64,000 nucleotides of DNA from Promethearchaeota archaeon (GCA_048939995.1 JBHLOY010000002.1:64001-128000), one strand, 5' to 3'. Shown: positions 1 through 10,324, counted from the stretch's first letter. Notes: a model not told the origin generated them from the sequence alone. A program made the numbers and translations.

Positions 1-644
1 TGTACAGCAAAATTAAATAGAAGTGTATCTTCAGTTATTTGTTCTTGTTTCAATTCTCTCATTAAATGTAAAAGAACATTACAACCCGTTCTATCGTCAA
101 AAGCTTTACCCCGAACCATATTATTAGGAAAATCCTGAAAAGGATCAATCAAAGTACCGACTGAACCAATTTCAATTCCACCATTGATTACATCATCATA
201 TGAATTCATTCCAATATCAATATACATACTAGAAGTGTCAGTAATTTTCTTTCTCTCACTAGGAGTTGTAAGGTGTGGAGGCTTCGATCCAATAATCCCA
301 TGTAAAATTTTTCCAGAATTAGATTTTAAAATTATGGCTTGACCTAATAATATTCTAATATCCCAACCACCTACTAAAACAAATCTTAAGAATCCAGATT
401 TTTCTATATGAGAAATCATAAATCCAATTTCATCAATATGAGCATCAAATAAAATTCTGTTCTTACCTTCTTTCCCTTCCTTGATGGCAAGTATGTTTCC
501 AAGAGGATCTTTCCAAATCTTATCAGCCAATTGTTCATTTTCAATTTTAGTTAATATAAAGTCACTAACCTCATCTTCAAAGCCAGAAACACCAAATAAG
601 GAGGATAATTGCTTCTGAAGATCTTTAATACTTTGTAAGTCCAA
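1..644 (-). CDS. M42 family aminopeptidase (TET/FrvX-like), partial; runs off the window start
   Basis: Not in the ORF track. Manual translation from TTG at 644 gives MDLQSIKDLQKQLSSLFGVSGFEDEV...FDAHIDEIGF...VGGWD...GSKPPHL...DIGM...GKAFDDRTGC, the M42 metal-binding motifs. Confidence 0.9.
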   Translation of the reverse strand, partial: MDLQSIKDLQKQLSSLFGVSGFEDEVSDFILTKIENEQLADKIWKDPLGNILAIKEGKEGKNRILFDAHIDEIGFMISHIEKSGFLRFVLVGGWDIRILLGQAIILKSNSGKILHGIIGSKPPHLTTPSERKKITDTSSMYIDIGMNSYDDVINGGIEIGSVGTLIDPFQDFPNNMVRGKAFDDRTGCNVLLHLMRELKQEQITEDTLLFNFAV

Positions 645-755
645 ATTAAAACCACTATAAGAATCCTTTATAATATGTATTAGTTTGACCAATGTAAAAT
701 AAAATTAACCAAAATAAATTTTAGAAATATAAAAATAGTTTTTAAAAAACAAAAT

Positions 756-2459
756 TTATTTACTTCTTTTTTTGAGCTCGTTTATGGCTTTTTCAGCCAA
801 GACGATTGCATCAGCATATTTAGATTTATATTTCTCGAGTTGTGCCTCTAATTCAATAGTCTTCTCTTGTAGATCAATAATTGCCCCACTACTCTCTTCA
901 TCAGTTTGAGGAAATGAGTCCGGGTTATCTAAAGTTTCTTTAAGATAATTATACTTTTCTTGCCATACTTTTAATTCCGTCTGCAAATCTTGTATTCTTT
1001 CATCAATATTTTCTGCTGTCAACGGTGTTCCCATTATTTCCCCTGATTCTAATTCCACCAGCTTATCTTTAAGCATATCAATTTCTTCCTCTAATTCCTT
1101 GATCTTGATTTTCAATGAAGCAATCTCATCTAAATATTCTGCAGATGTTTTAGGGGCTATTATTTCTTCAAATATCGCCTTGCCTGTCTCTAATTCATTC
1201 GCACTTTTTCCGCCAAGTATTCTCTGCCGTCTCATTTGCAATTCATCAACAGTTTGTTTAGGAAGAAAATCTAATGGATTAAATCCGATTCCACCATGTT
1301 CTGTGCGGCGAATTCTTATTTTAACATATAGTGGGATTCCTTTCACAGCTTCTCCACAGATTATTCCTTGACCTTTATCTAACCCTGAAATATCCTTTCT
1401 ATTATCCTTACTTAAATCTTCAGCACTTGAAATTGTGACATCGATGTCTCTTACATCTGTGAGATTGTGAACAATCCATGAACCTGCTTGAGCTCGAATA
1501 GTTGTATCAAGAAGCTGGGGCCTTTGTGTCCCTATTACTAAATTTGCACCAAACTTACGCCCCTCTTGTGAGAAAAGTTTTACGGTTTCACAAGTTTCAG
1601 TTCTTTTTTTGCCAGCAAATAAATGTGCTTCATCTAGGAATAAATAGAATGGTGGAATTCTCCTTGCAGTGCTCGCTTGATATAATTTTTTGAGTAATTT
1701 TCCGGCGATCATTTCTTGAACACTTAAATCCATACCTCTCATGTTAACAATAGTGCACAAGTTTGGAGCTACGAGATCGGTTGCGTCTAAAGAAAATAAA
1801 TACTCTACATCAATATCTCCGCCTTTGTTGATTTTTAAATCAGAAAATTCTATAATCTTATCAACATATTCGCTTTCTGCTTTCTCCCCTTTCATCCCTT
1901 CATTGGTAGCCGCTACTTTTAAAGACCCGTATTCCCCATGGCGGTCTAAAATAACCACCGGAATTCCTTTATCCATAAATTCTTCACACAACACACCCAT
2001 AGTATATGATTTTCCACTTCCTGACTTTCCTGTAATAAATATCCTTCCAAAATTTTTTACTAAAAGATTAACATTAAACTCATAACCAAGCAACTTACCA
2101 AGTGAAACTGATTCTTCAGGCGGATTATAAATACCTAGCAATTTTGTAATTTGTTCTTTTTTTGCTTTATATACTTCAGCTCCAACTTCAAAAGGTCTTT
2201 TTGGTCTATTTCCTAAAACAATTAAGTTTGCAAGCATCCCAGTTTCATCGCTCCACATATCAGCAATACTAAGAACATAGTGAGGACGGTTACCTTCTTT
2301 ATCTTTTTCTCCATATATTGCAAGATATGTGCTTTTTAAAACTGATGGATCTTGAACTTGCATGGTTACTTCATACGTGGTTGTTTTTCCGTATAACCTG
2401 CCGACAGGCATTTCCTCTTTTTTAGTATCTTTATTTAAATCATCTGACATTGTTTTCAC
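756..2459 (-). CDS. HerA/FtsK-like ATPase (DUF87-type) with long C-terminal coiled coil
   Basis: Walker A GKSGSGKS, LDRHGEY, Walker B FLDEAH, EGRKFG and TQRP motifs. The last ~130 aa are heptad-rich. Confidence 0.85.
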   Translation of the reverse strand: MKTMSDDLNKDTKKEEMPVGRLYGKTTTYEVTMQVQDPSVLKSTYLAIYGEKDKEGNRPHYVLSIADMWSDETGMLANLIVLGNRPKRPFEVGAEVYKAKKEQITKLLGIYNPPEESVSLGKLLGYEFNVNLLVKNFGRIFITGKSGSGKSYTMGVLCEEFMDKGIPVVILDRHGEYGSLKVAATNEGMKGEKAESEYVDKIIEFSDLKINKGGDIDVEYLFSLDATDLVAPNLCTIVNMRGMDLSVQEMIAGKLLKKLYQASTARRIPPFYLFLDEAHLFAGKKRTETCETVKLFSQEGRKFGANLVIGTQRPQLLDTTIRAQAGSWIVHNLTDVRDIDVTISSAEDLSKDNRKDISGLDKGQGIICGEAVKGIPLYVKIRIRRTEHGGIGFNPLDFLPKQTVDELQMRRQRILGGKSANELETGKAIFEEIIAPKTSAEYLDEIASLKIKIKELEEEIDMLKDKLVELESGEIMGTPLTAENIDERIQDLQTELKVWQEKYNYLKETLDNPDSFPQTDEESSGAIIDLQEKTIELEAQLEKYKSKYADAIVLAEKAINELKKRSK

Positions 2460-2559
2460 ATTAATTTCATTTTTATAGTATTATAAGATAATTATGACTT
2501 ATTAATGCTTACTAACTAGAAATGTCAAGTAATAAGAGTATATAAATCTTCATAAATCC

Positions 2560-2830
2560 ATTTTTTAATTTCCTTCTAATTTTCCAGAAGTATAATTCAT
2601 GAACTATCAACCAAACGGTTATAAATCCAAAGAATCCTCATTCGGAAAAGTAGAAAAATGCTTGTGGCGTTATTAAAGTATATTCTTAAACTATAAACCC
2701 AATAATAAAAATGCCTGAAAGTATTCCAGTAATCAGAGTTAAAATTGCTATTATTTTTGAGAATTTTGTACCTTTATACTCTATGTATCCAAAGAAAAGG
2801 AAATTGAGGGCTGTAAAACCAAAAAAGATT
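2560..2830 (-). pseudogene. Remnant of a membrane-protein gene (possibly DUF998-like C-terminus); boundaries approximate
   Basis: One minus-strand frame reads FFGFTALNFLFFGYIEY...IIAILTLITGILSGIFIIGFIV*EYTL...FFYFSE*GFFGFITVWLIVHELYFWKIRRK. That is three hydrophobic helices with two internal stops (TAA, TGA) and no start. Confidence 0.5.
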
Positions 2831-2861
2831 ATTGTATAATGCTGTCTAATGCTGTTTTAAA

Positions 2862-3791
2862 TCATTGCTTGTAAATTATACTTTTTTTAACCATTCGAGT
2901 AGGTTTATAGGATTCTTTTGCCCTTCTTAAGCCTTCTATTCCTAGATCTTGTTCTCTATTAACACATAACGTATCTATACAACAATTTTTTAAAAAAAAG
3001 TTATTAATTGCTTGATAAGCACCTTCATACTCCATATGCGCTTTCTCAATGTGTATTACGAGGGTTTTATCATTTAACATTTCACCAAAGGTATAAGCAG
3101 CACATTTATCATCTACACATAATAACCCACCATTAAACCCAAGTGTCTCAAAATTATTTAGAGCTTCATATATCGCTTCTTGTTCGGCTTCTAAACTTTC
3201 ATCTTCAGTGCACGCTCTAATAACACACCATTCTAATTGAAGTTCTTTGCATTTCTCAATAAGATTTCCATTTAGTAATCGAAAATCGTAATTATAATTG
3301 GCTAGAAACTTTTGCAACCATCTTCTATTTTGCCGATATTTATTTCCCGCTAAAGCTAATATCTCATCTTTGTTATAAACATAATCCCAATTGTTCCTAT
3401 CTTCTGAACATTTTAGATTAAGATTGACAAATTTTTCGTCTTTACTTAATTTTTCATAGATTTTCTCTGGAACCCTATGAACTTCTAGATTTTCAAGATC
3501 TTCAAATAAGGAGATTATTATTTTATCCGCATTAGGACCAATGGGAGGAAAAAAATATAAATACTCTTTAGAATCTCCATTATGAATTGATTTTTTTCTA
3601 GTTTGTAAATAGTCATAAGAAAATACGATTAGATGGTTATCATATTCCATAAATAAAAAATTATAATATTTTCTCCACATAAAAAGATTAGTAAAGGTAA
3701 ATTCGGAGATTTCAGGCTGGTATCTATTAAAGTAATAATCAAATAATTTCTTATCCTCAATCTCTATTGGTTTTGCAGAGCTTAAATCCAT
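2862..3791 (-). CDS. DUF2156 / phosphatidylglycerol lysyltransferase C-terminal-like (GNAT-fold) protein
   Basis: SEFTFTNLFMW, DYVY, HIEKA and NREQDLGIEGLRRAKESYKP motifs. Confidence 0.85.
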   Translation of the reverse strand: MDLSSAKPIEIEDKKLFDYYFNRYQPEISEFTFTNLFMWRKYYNFLFMEYDNHLIVFSYDYLQTRKKSIHNGDSKEYLYFFPPIGPNADKIIISLFEDLENLEVHRVPEKIYEKLSKDEKFVNLNLKCSEDRNNWDYVYNKDEILALAGNKYRQNRRWLQKFLANYNYDFRLLNGNLIEKCKELQLEWCVIRACTEDESLEAEQEAIYEALNNFETLGFNGGLLCVDDKCAAYTFGEMLNDKTLVIHIEKAHMEYEGAYQAINNFFLKNCCIDTLCVNREQDLGIEGLRRAKESYKPTRMVKKSIIYKQ

Positions 3792-4000
3792 ACATATTTA
3801 AAAATAAGAGAATATAAAAAATTGATCCTAATCGGGTAAGTTATAAATTATTCTAATCGAAGTTCTGATGACAAGTTAACTGAAGTAATTTTTATAAGTT
3901 TTCATTTCTATTTCTATTCAAAAACGGAGTAGGAATAAAAATCAAAAAAAATCATAGAAATCAATTAATAATCAGTAGTGTTTTATTAATATCTTTTGCT

Positions 4001-4636
4001 TTGTTGTTACCAGTCTTATATAATCTTTCAGAATTATTAAATTTAGGTAATTATAGTAAAACTGAAGATTACAATATTGATTTGGGCGCAGGAACAGGGG
4101 GTATAAATGCTGATTTTCTTTTGGGATTAACTTACGATGATAGATATAGAGGAACAATTACATTTAACGTGCATTCGACTGGTTCAGTTGGAACAATTGG
4201 AATTACATCTATTGATTATGATATTAAAGCTAATGGGCAAACAAAGGCTCACTATGATAATAATTTTAACCCTCCACGACTTTCATTCCAAAATACTCAT
4301 AATAATCTAAACCTTGATAAAGATGATGTGGTTACATGTGAAGGAAGTGCAATGGTTAGATTTTTGGTTGGAGGGATAGAACAAGATACTGTAATTTTCT
4401 TCGAGAATGATATAATAATTACGATTAGTTCTTTTGAAATAGAATATACATGGGATATAGTAGAAATTTGGCTCCAAATTTTTGATTATATTGCCATTTT
4501 CGCTTCAGTTATTTTCTTAGCAAGGACTATTAGAATAATTAAATTTGAAAAGGAGTATACTGAAGATATGAGGAAAGACGACGAAGAATTTTTTGAAAAA
4601 ATTCGAAAAAACATCGAGAAAGAAAAAACTCTCTAA
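4001..4636 (+). CDS. Membrane-anchored hypothetical protein (beta-rich extracellular domain, C-terminal TM); true start probably upstream at ATA 3935 or ATC 3941
   Basis: The frame is open upstream and encodes the basic-plus-hydrophobic signal-like segment IKIKKNHRNQLIISSVLLISFALLLP. C-terminal TM is IFDYIAIFASVIFLA. Confidence 0.65.
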   Translation: MLLPVLYNLSELLNLGNYSKTEDYNIDLGAGTGGINADFLLGLTYDDRYRGTITFNVHSTGSVGTIGITSIDYDIKANGQTKAHYDNNFNPPRLSFQNTHNNLNLDKDDVVTCEGSAMVRFLVGGIEQDTVIFFENDIIITISSFEIEYTWDIVEIWLQIFDYIAIFASVIFLARTIRIIKFEKEYTEDMRKDDEEFFEKIRKNIEKEKTL

Positions 4637-4677
4637 AAATCATAAAATATCTCCTTTTGATTTCTCTAAAATAAAAA

Positions 4678-5085
4678 TTAATAGCTATTTTCTAAATCTT
4701 TAATTAATTTCTTTAAAATTTCTATTACTCTTTTTTTATATGATAATTGTTCAGGATAATTATAACTAAATGTTTTCCAATGAGGTCGTTTATGTCCTAT
4801 TTTAAATTTCATACCCTCCATATCTGTCATATAAGAATTCGCATCTAATTTAGTAGCAATTTGATCTGCTATAATATACCAATGAAATTGAGTTCCAATA
4901 CTAGCTCCAGTGTTAATTGGTGCATTATTTACCCGACGTTTAATAGAATTAAATTTTATAGTCCATTGATCTGGAGTAACTTTAGTCTCTTCCCATTTTC
5001 CATCATTATAATTCCAATGATGAGTTCCCCCTACTTTCATACCTGTATAAATTTGATCATTATATTTTTTCATTGAATTATACAT
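4678..5085 (-). CDS. Conserved hypothetical protein (YTGMKVG...W...W...YHW-type family)
   Basis: 135 aa ORF, Trp/His-rich and plausibly coding. Function unknown. Confidence 0.7.
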   Translation of the reverse strand: MYNSMKKYNDQIYTGMKVGGTHHWNYNDGKWEETKVTPDQWTIKFNSIKRRVNNAPINTGASIGTQFHWYIIADQIATKLDANSYMTDMEGMKFKIGHKRPHWKTFSYNYPEQLSYKKRVIEILKKLIKDLENSY

Positions 5086-5212
5086 TTTTATACACTTGAT
5101 GAATTTAAAGTATAAATTATTCAGTTAAAATAGGCTTTAAAAGATTAATAGTGAGTAAATTTAGTAAAATTAACCAAAAAATTAAAAAAAAGAAAAAATG
5201 ATTATGAAAATT

Positions 5213-6220
5213 CTATAATTTCTTAATTATTAGCTCTGCCATTCGATTTGAGAAGCCCCATTCATTATCATACCAACTTAGGACAAATAGTTCATCTTCA
5301 ACGACCTTAGTCCATAATCCATTGAATATTGAGCTATGAGAATTACCTATAATATCACTGCTTACTATAGGATCATCAGTATACTCTAGAATACCCTTTA
5401 AATGACTGAAAGCAGCATCTTTCATCTTAGAATTAACTTCATCAGCGGTGCACCTATTTTCTACTATCACCTTTAGATCAACTACACTACCATCAAGTGT
5501 AGGTACTCTTACTGCTATACCATCTAATTTTCCTTTGAGCTCTGGAAAAACTAATCCAATTGCTTTAGCAGCTCCTGTAGATGTTGGGATCATATTTTGA
5601 GCAGCAGCTCTTCCACGGATCATTTTTTCAGGACCCCCTGTTCGTGCAATATCCGCGATAGTTTGATCGTTTGTATAGGAATGAATGGTGGTCATTAAAC
5701 CATATTTTATTTTAAAATTTTCGTGCAAAACTTTAACGACAGGTGCCAAACAGTTAGTTGTACAAGAGGCATTCGAGATTATCCTATGATCACTTGCAAT
5801 TTTATCATCATTGCATCCTAAAACTACAGTGATGTCAGGATTTGTTGCGGGGGCACTGATGAGTACTCTTTTAGCTCCAGCAGTTAAATGCTTTGATGCA
5901 CCATCTCTATCAGTAAAACGACCGGTTGATTCTACTGCAACGTCGACATTTTTACTGGCATGTGGTAAATTCGCAGGATCCCTCTCAGCAGTAATAGGTA
6001 TTTCTTTTCCATCAATCACAAGGGAACTATCTCTAGCTTCTACTTTACCCTTAAATCTTCCGAAAACCGAATCATATTTTAAAGCATAAGCTAAATATTT
6101 TGATTCAAAGAGGTCATTGATAGAAACAATATCAATATCATTCCAGAAATTGTCATATACGGCTCTAAAAAACAATCGACCAATTCTTCCAAAACCATTA
6201 ATAGCGACTCTTTTTGCCAT
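5213..6220 (-). CDS. gap: Glyceraldehyde-3-phosphate dehydrogenase, class I (bacterial/eukaryotic type)
   Basis: INGFGRIGR, ASCTTNCLAP catalytic Cys motif, IPTSTGAAKA, WYDNEWG. Confidence 0.96.
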   Translation of the reverse strand: MAKRVAINGFGRIGRLFFRAVYDNFWNDIDIVSINDLFESKYLAYALKYDSVFGRFKGKVEARDSSLVIDGKEIPITAERDPANLPHASKNVDVAVESTGRFTDRDGASKHLTAGAKRVLISAPATNPDITVVLGCNDDKIASDHRIISNASCTTNCLAPVVKVLHENFKIKYGLMTTIHSYTNDQTIADIARTGGPEKMIRGRAAAQNMIPTSTGAAKAIGLVFPELKGKLDGIAVRVPTLDGSVVDLKVIVENRCTADEVNSKMKDAAFSHLKGILEYTDDPIVSSDIIGNSHSSIFNGLWTKVVEDELFVLSWYDNEWGFSNRMAELIIKKL

Positions 6221-6394
6221 CATTAACACTTTTTAAAATTTTATTCTTTAAATAGTCAATCTAGTATAGATTTAGATAGTTTTTTAATTTTTTAGTTTTA
6301 GGTGGTTTCAACCTTTAAATTTAAAATATAAACTATAAAAACATTCTAACATAATTTTTATAAACATTGAAATCAAATAAGGAAATAAGGATTT

Positions 6395-7615
6395 ATGGTT
6401 GATATTGAAAAGATAATTCTTAATAAAATAGATGAGACAAAGGATGAATTAGTTCAATTTCTTCAAGAACTTGTTCAATACCATTCAGAGGTTCCACCGG
6501 GTAAATATCGAGAACTATCTAAATTTATTGCAACAAAAATGGAAAAATTTGGCATAAAAACCCAAGTAAAAAGAAATAATGTAATTGGGGAATTGGGAGC
6601 TGAAAAAGGCCCTACCTTGATATTTAATGCTCACTATGATACTGTTACTACTCATGATGGATGGACTAAAATCCCTCATTCTGGTGAATTAATTGGCAAC
6701 AAATTATATGGTCGAGGTTCTGCTGATGACAAATCATGCATAGCCGCTGAAATATTTGCTGCAAAAGCTCTTTTGGATATGAATGTTGATCTAAAAGGGA
6801 AGTTAATAGTTACTGCTGTTGTTAATGAGGAAATTGGAGGTATAGGAGGAGCTGAATATCTTGTTAATGAAGGCATAGTCAAAGGAGATGCTTGTTTATT
6901 AGGAGATGGACCAGCTGACTATCCAATAATATATCGTGGAGGGGTACTTCAAATTAGTTTTAAAACTAAAGGTATTCGACGTCATGCTATGGCTTACCCT
7001 GATACAATCCCTAAATATCGCAATGAATATTCTGGAATAAATGCAGTACATAGAATGATCCCTATCATGAATTTTCTCATGGATTTACAAGAAGAGTTTA
7101 ATAAACAAGAAACCAAGTATTCTGTTCCTCCTGATTTACCAAAAAAAGTAAGCAGTATTGAAATAACAAAAATGGAAGGAGGAAATGCAATCGATACAGT
7201 AGCAGATAGTTGTACTTTACATTGTATGATGAATTTTATACCTGAACAAGATATTAATCATATTCGGACAAGGATTTTTAATTTCATAGAAGAATTGAAA
7301 AAAAATGATGCAAATCTAGATATTTCGGTCCAAAATCCCGTCTCAATCCCACCAAAAATAGGAGATCCTAACTCTACTATAGCTAGAGTTGTTAAGAATG
7401 CTTTTAAAAAAGTCCATAGTGAAGAACGAGATTTTAAAAGTTTTATCCCAACTACAGATGCTCATCTCTTTCAAATGAAGGGAATTGAAACTATTATAAT
7501 CGGGACTCTGCGAGGAGATAATAACTACCACGCCCAAGATGAGTTTGTTTATATTGAGGATGTGATAAATGCCGCAAAAGTTTATGCTTTGACTGCTTTG
7601 AATTATCTTACATGA
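6395..7615 (+). CDS. M20 family metallopeptidase/deacylase (ArgE/DapE-like)
   Basis: NAHYDTV, GRGSADDK, NEE and HAQDE metal ligands. Confidence 0.9.
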   Translation: MVDIEKIILNKIDETKDELVQFLQELVQYHSEVPPGKYRELSKFIATKMEKFGIKTQVKRNNVIGELGAEKGPTLIFNAHYDTVTTHDGWTKIPHSGELIGNKLYGRGSADDKSCIAAEIFAAKALLDMNVDLKGKLIVTAVVNEEIGGIGGAEYLVNEGIVKGDACLLGDGPADYPIIYRGGVLQISFKTKGIRRHAMAYPDTIPKYRNEYSGINAVHRMIPIMNFLMDLQEEFNKQETKYSVPPDLPKKVSSIEITKMEGGNAIDTVADSCTLHCMMNFIPEQDINHIRTRIFNFIEELKKNDANLDISVQNPVSIPPKIGDPNSTIARVVKNAFKKVHSEERDFKSFIPTTDAHLFQMKGIETIIIGTLRGDNNYHAQDEFVYIEDVINAAKVYALTALNYLT

Positions 7616-7705
7616 CTATTTTAAAGATAATCGAAAAGGCATAACTACAAATTTTTAGAAATATAAACTAAATGGTAAAAAAAGTATGTAAAAAATAGAA
7701 TTTAT

Positions 7706-8467
7706 TTATGCTTCTTCTTCTTTCCCCATTAAACGCATGACCGCATCCGCAAGTTTGTTTTGACTGCGGCTCATGATCCCTTTTACCTTACCTTCTACAC
7801 CAGTCACTCGGAGCATGATTCCATTCCAAACTGAACTAGGTTCTCCTTTTACATTCTTAAATCGATCCCGATGAACTTCAACTTCGATATTTTCATATTT
7901 GTTTGATGCATCAGAACATTTGAAACATAGAATGCATTTATCTACATCGACTTTAACTTCTTTGCCTTCTCGAGACATTGCATCAACTGAACATTCTTCT
8001 GTAAATTGATCAATAATAGTTGTATCTTTTTCATTACAAGTAATTTTTATTGAACCTTCTACTACTTTTCGTACTTTTCTTCCATCATCTAACGTCCGAA
8101 CTTCTTCGTCAAATTCTGGAAGAGAACCATTTTCAACTAACAATATTTTGTTTTCTCCATTAACTAATAACTCTAATGTATATCCCGGGCAAATCCAACT
8201 GCAGCTACCGCACCAAATACATTTTTCTGTATCAACAACGATCTTTTTATTAGATTCTATTTTCATTTCCTCAGGGGTTCCAATAGCTGTCTTTTTCAAT
8301 GGTTCATCGTATATAGAAATAGTAACCGGACAAACACGATGGCAAAATCCGCACTCGATACATTTTGATTCATCATATTTTAAGATCATTTCATGGTTGA
8401 GCATCTTGTAAACATAATGGGTAATATTTTCATCTACTTGTATCGTTTTCTTAGCTGGTAATGAAAT
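7706..8467 (-). CDS. Polyferredoxin (4Fe-4S dicluster; FwdF/MvhB-like); start at ATG 8404 or ATT 8467
   Basis: CIECGFCHRVCP, CIWCGSCSWICP and CILCFKC motifs. The frame is open upstream to an SD-like GGATGTGA at 8482-8475. Confidence 0.8.
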   Translation of the reverse strand: MSLPAKKTIQVDENITHYVYKMLNHEMILKYDESKCIECGFCHRVCPVTISIYDEPLKKTAIGTPEEMKIESNKKIVVDTEKCIWCGSCSWICPGYTLELLVNGENKILLVENGSLPEFDEEVRTLDDGRKVRKVVEGSIKITCNEKDTTIIDQFTEECSVDAMSREGKEVKVDVDKCILCFKCSDASNKYENIEVEVHRDRFKNVKGEPSSVWNGIMLRVTGVEGKVKGIMSRSQNKLADAVMRLMGKEEEA

Positions 8468-8523
8468 AATAATTTCACATCCTTTTCTATTAATTTTTCT
8501 TTTTTTTTTAATTTAGTAATAAT

Positions 8524-9663
8524 TTATGTTCTTTCTAATTCCATTTGTTCAATTGCCTTACCAGATCTGAAAGGTATGTCTTCCAAATTTTCTCCTGCGG
8601 TGTATCCGAATTCGTCTTTAAATGCTTCATTTAATGACTGAAAGTATAGAGACAAGGGGAGGTGTTGAGGGCAGTTATTATCACAATTTCCACATTCTAC
8701 GCATCTATCTGCAACATGAGCAATGCGTGTCAATTGATAAGTCTCTTTATTTATAACTTTATCTTTTCTCTTTTTTTGTAATATGCAATCAACGCAATAA
8801 CAAACTGGACATCCACGAATACACATCCCACACATAGTACATGCTTGAAGTTTTGCGATTTTCTCTTCTTGGGGGAGTTTATCCCATTCTTCTAAATCTT
8901 TCGCCCTTTTAGTCAATGCGTTTTCCTTCAGTTCTTTAACTTTATTAATGTGAGCTTTCTTAATATCAGCTGGAATCGTTTTTTTTTCAATTTTAGATGT
9001 TTCAATAAGTTCAGCTCCTTTATCAGAATATGCTTTTAGAATAATCTCATCAGAGTCAATAGATATACCAAGATCACTTATACCTATATCAGCTACAACG
9101 GGGATTTTTCTAGTACAGCGTGAACAATTATCAGCGATATCTAAATCAACCTCTTTCGTTGTTCCATCTGATAATTTAAGAATTAAACCTTTTTCTCCAA
9201 TTTTTTCTTTAATAACTTGAGTAGGATCTATGTCCTTAAATTTTTTTAGTTCCCGAGAAGCATTTATAACCATTCCTCTATCTTCAAACGCGATGATAAA
9301 GAGATTCTCTAAATTAATTTGCTTAATCTTAGCCAGCTCTATTATAGCTCTGGTATCACATGGTCGAGCAATAAGCGCTACTTTCTCTTGGAGTGCTCCA
9401 TTTACAGATTTATGCAAAAATTTAGCAGCGGAATCAGTCCTAGCATACCCATAAGAAATAAGATTTGTTAATGGGAAACTCTTAATATCTTCCGGTTTTT
9501 CATAGATGTTTGGAGATACTGTGAAACGATCTTCCTGATTAGTTTTTTTATCAATCCTAGTTTCAGCACCAATGATTTTGTTGACAACTTTCTCCTTTAG
9601 TAAACTAACTAGTATTTTTGGAAAGTCTTCAATTTTTATTAGATATTCTGCTATTGCATCCAT
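8524..9663 (-). CDS. FdhB/FrhB-family Fe-S (flavo)protein, F420 dehydrogenase beta-subunit-like
   Basis: IARPCD, NCSRC, CTMCGMCIRGCPVCYCVDC and RCVECGNCDNNCP motifs typical of FdhB. Confidence 0.85.
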   Translation of the reverse strand: MDAIAEYLIKIEDFPKILVSLLKEKVVNKIIGAETRIDKKTNQEDRFTVSPNIYEKPEDIKSFPLTNLISYGYARTDSAAKFLHKSVNGALQEKVALIARPCDTRAIIELAKIKQINLENLFIIAFEDRGMVINASRELKKFKDIDPTQVIKEKIGEKGLILKLSDGTTKEVDLDIADNCSRCTRKIPVVADIGISDLGISIDSDEIILKAYSDKGAELIETSKIEKKTIPADIKKAHINKVKELKENALTKRAKDLEEWDKLPQEEKIAKLQACTMCGMCIRGCPVCYCVDCILQKKRKDKVINKETYQLTRIAHVADRCVECGNCDNNCPQHLPLSLYFQSLNEAFKDEFGYTAGENLEDIPFRSGKAIEQMELERT

Positions 9664-9781
9664 AGTTTTTCCAACTCAAAATTAATTGTACAAGATTTTA
9701 ATATTACTATATTCCAGTGAAATTTTTTTCTATTTTTATTTAATTTTAAACTAAAAATTACAATTTTATATGTGTTTTATG

Positions 9782-9840
9782 GTGCTCCCATTTCCTCAGC
9801 TAAGTTCTCATTTTTATAACTCAGCGTCATTAGCTAACAC
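9782..9840 (-). ncRNA. SECIS element, eukaryote-type, in the 3' UTR of mvhD
   Basis: Minus strand reads GUGUU-AGCUA-AUGAC-GCUGAGUU-[AUAAAAAUGAG]-AACUUAGC-UGAG-GAAAUGGG-AGCAC. It has the AUGAN/NGAN core, a fully paired 8-bp helix II, an A-rich apical loop and a closing helix I, and begins 8 nt after the stop. Confidence 0.9.
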
Positions 9841-9848
9841 ATTATTTT

Positions 9849-10310
9849 TTAAGCCTTTGCTTTTTCTTTGGCTTTGGCTTTCTCTTGCGCGCCACCTTTT
9901 ACACGTAAAGGACTAGGTCCAAGTTCACGAATAACTTTATCAAACTCAATAGCCGCATTTTGAAACTTCTGACCCTCAGCTGCACTACAATATCCAAACA
10001 TTATTCGCTTTTCATTAAGCCCTAATGTCTTCACAACAGCTTTTATGTACTCAAATTCGCGAAATGCAAAATAATTGCCAGTTTCATAATCACACTCATG
10101 AGGATATCATCCAATTATCATTATACCGTCTGCTCCTCTTCCAAATGCCCTAGCAATAAGATCGCTATCAACCCGTCCTGTACATGGTACCAATATCGTT
10201 CTTAAAGAGGGTGGATATTGTGCTCTAATTGTTCCAGCCATATCGGCTGAACCATAACCTCATTTCCAACAAAGGAAGGCTATTATCTTTATATCTTCTT
10301 CTTCTGCCAT
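9849..10310 (-). CDS. mvhD: Hydrogenase iron-sulfur subunit MvhD/VhuD, selenoprotein (Sec17, Sec68), 153 aa
   Basis: ATG at 10310 after SD GAGGTGG. Reads MAEEEDIKIIAFLCWK-U-GYGSADMAG...VPCTGRVD...GADGIMIIG-U-YPHECDYETGN. TGAs at 10260-10262 and 10107-10109 occupy conserved Cys positions. The track shows only the last 61 aa. Confidence 0.95.
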
Positions 10311-10324
10311 TTTAATCCACCTCT

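Noticed and set aside
2560-2830. In-frame TGA in a hydrophobic reading frame as another selenoprotein
   Set aside because: The same frame also has a TAA, there is no start or SECIS, and the context (E*) suggests a mutated Trp codon. It is a pseudogene remnant.
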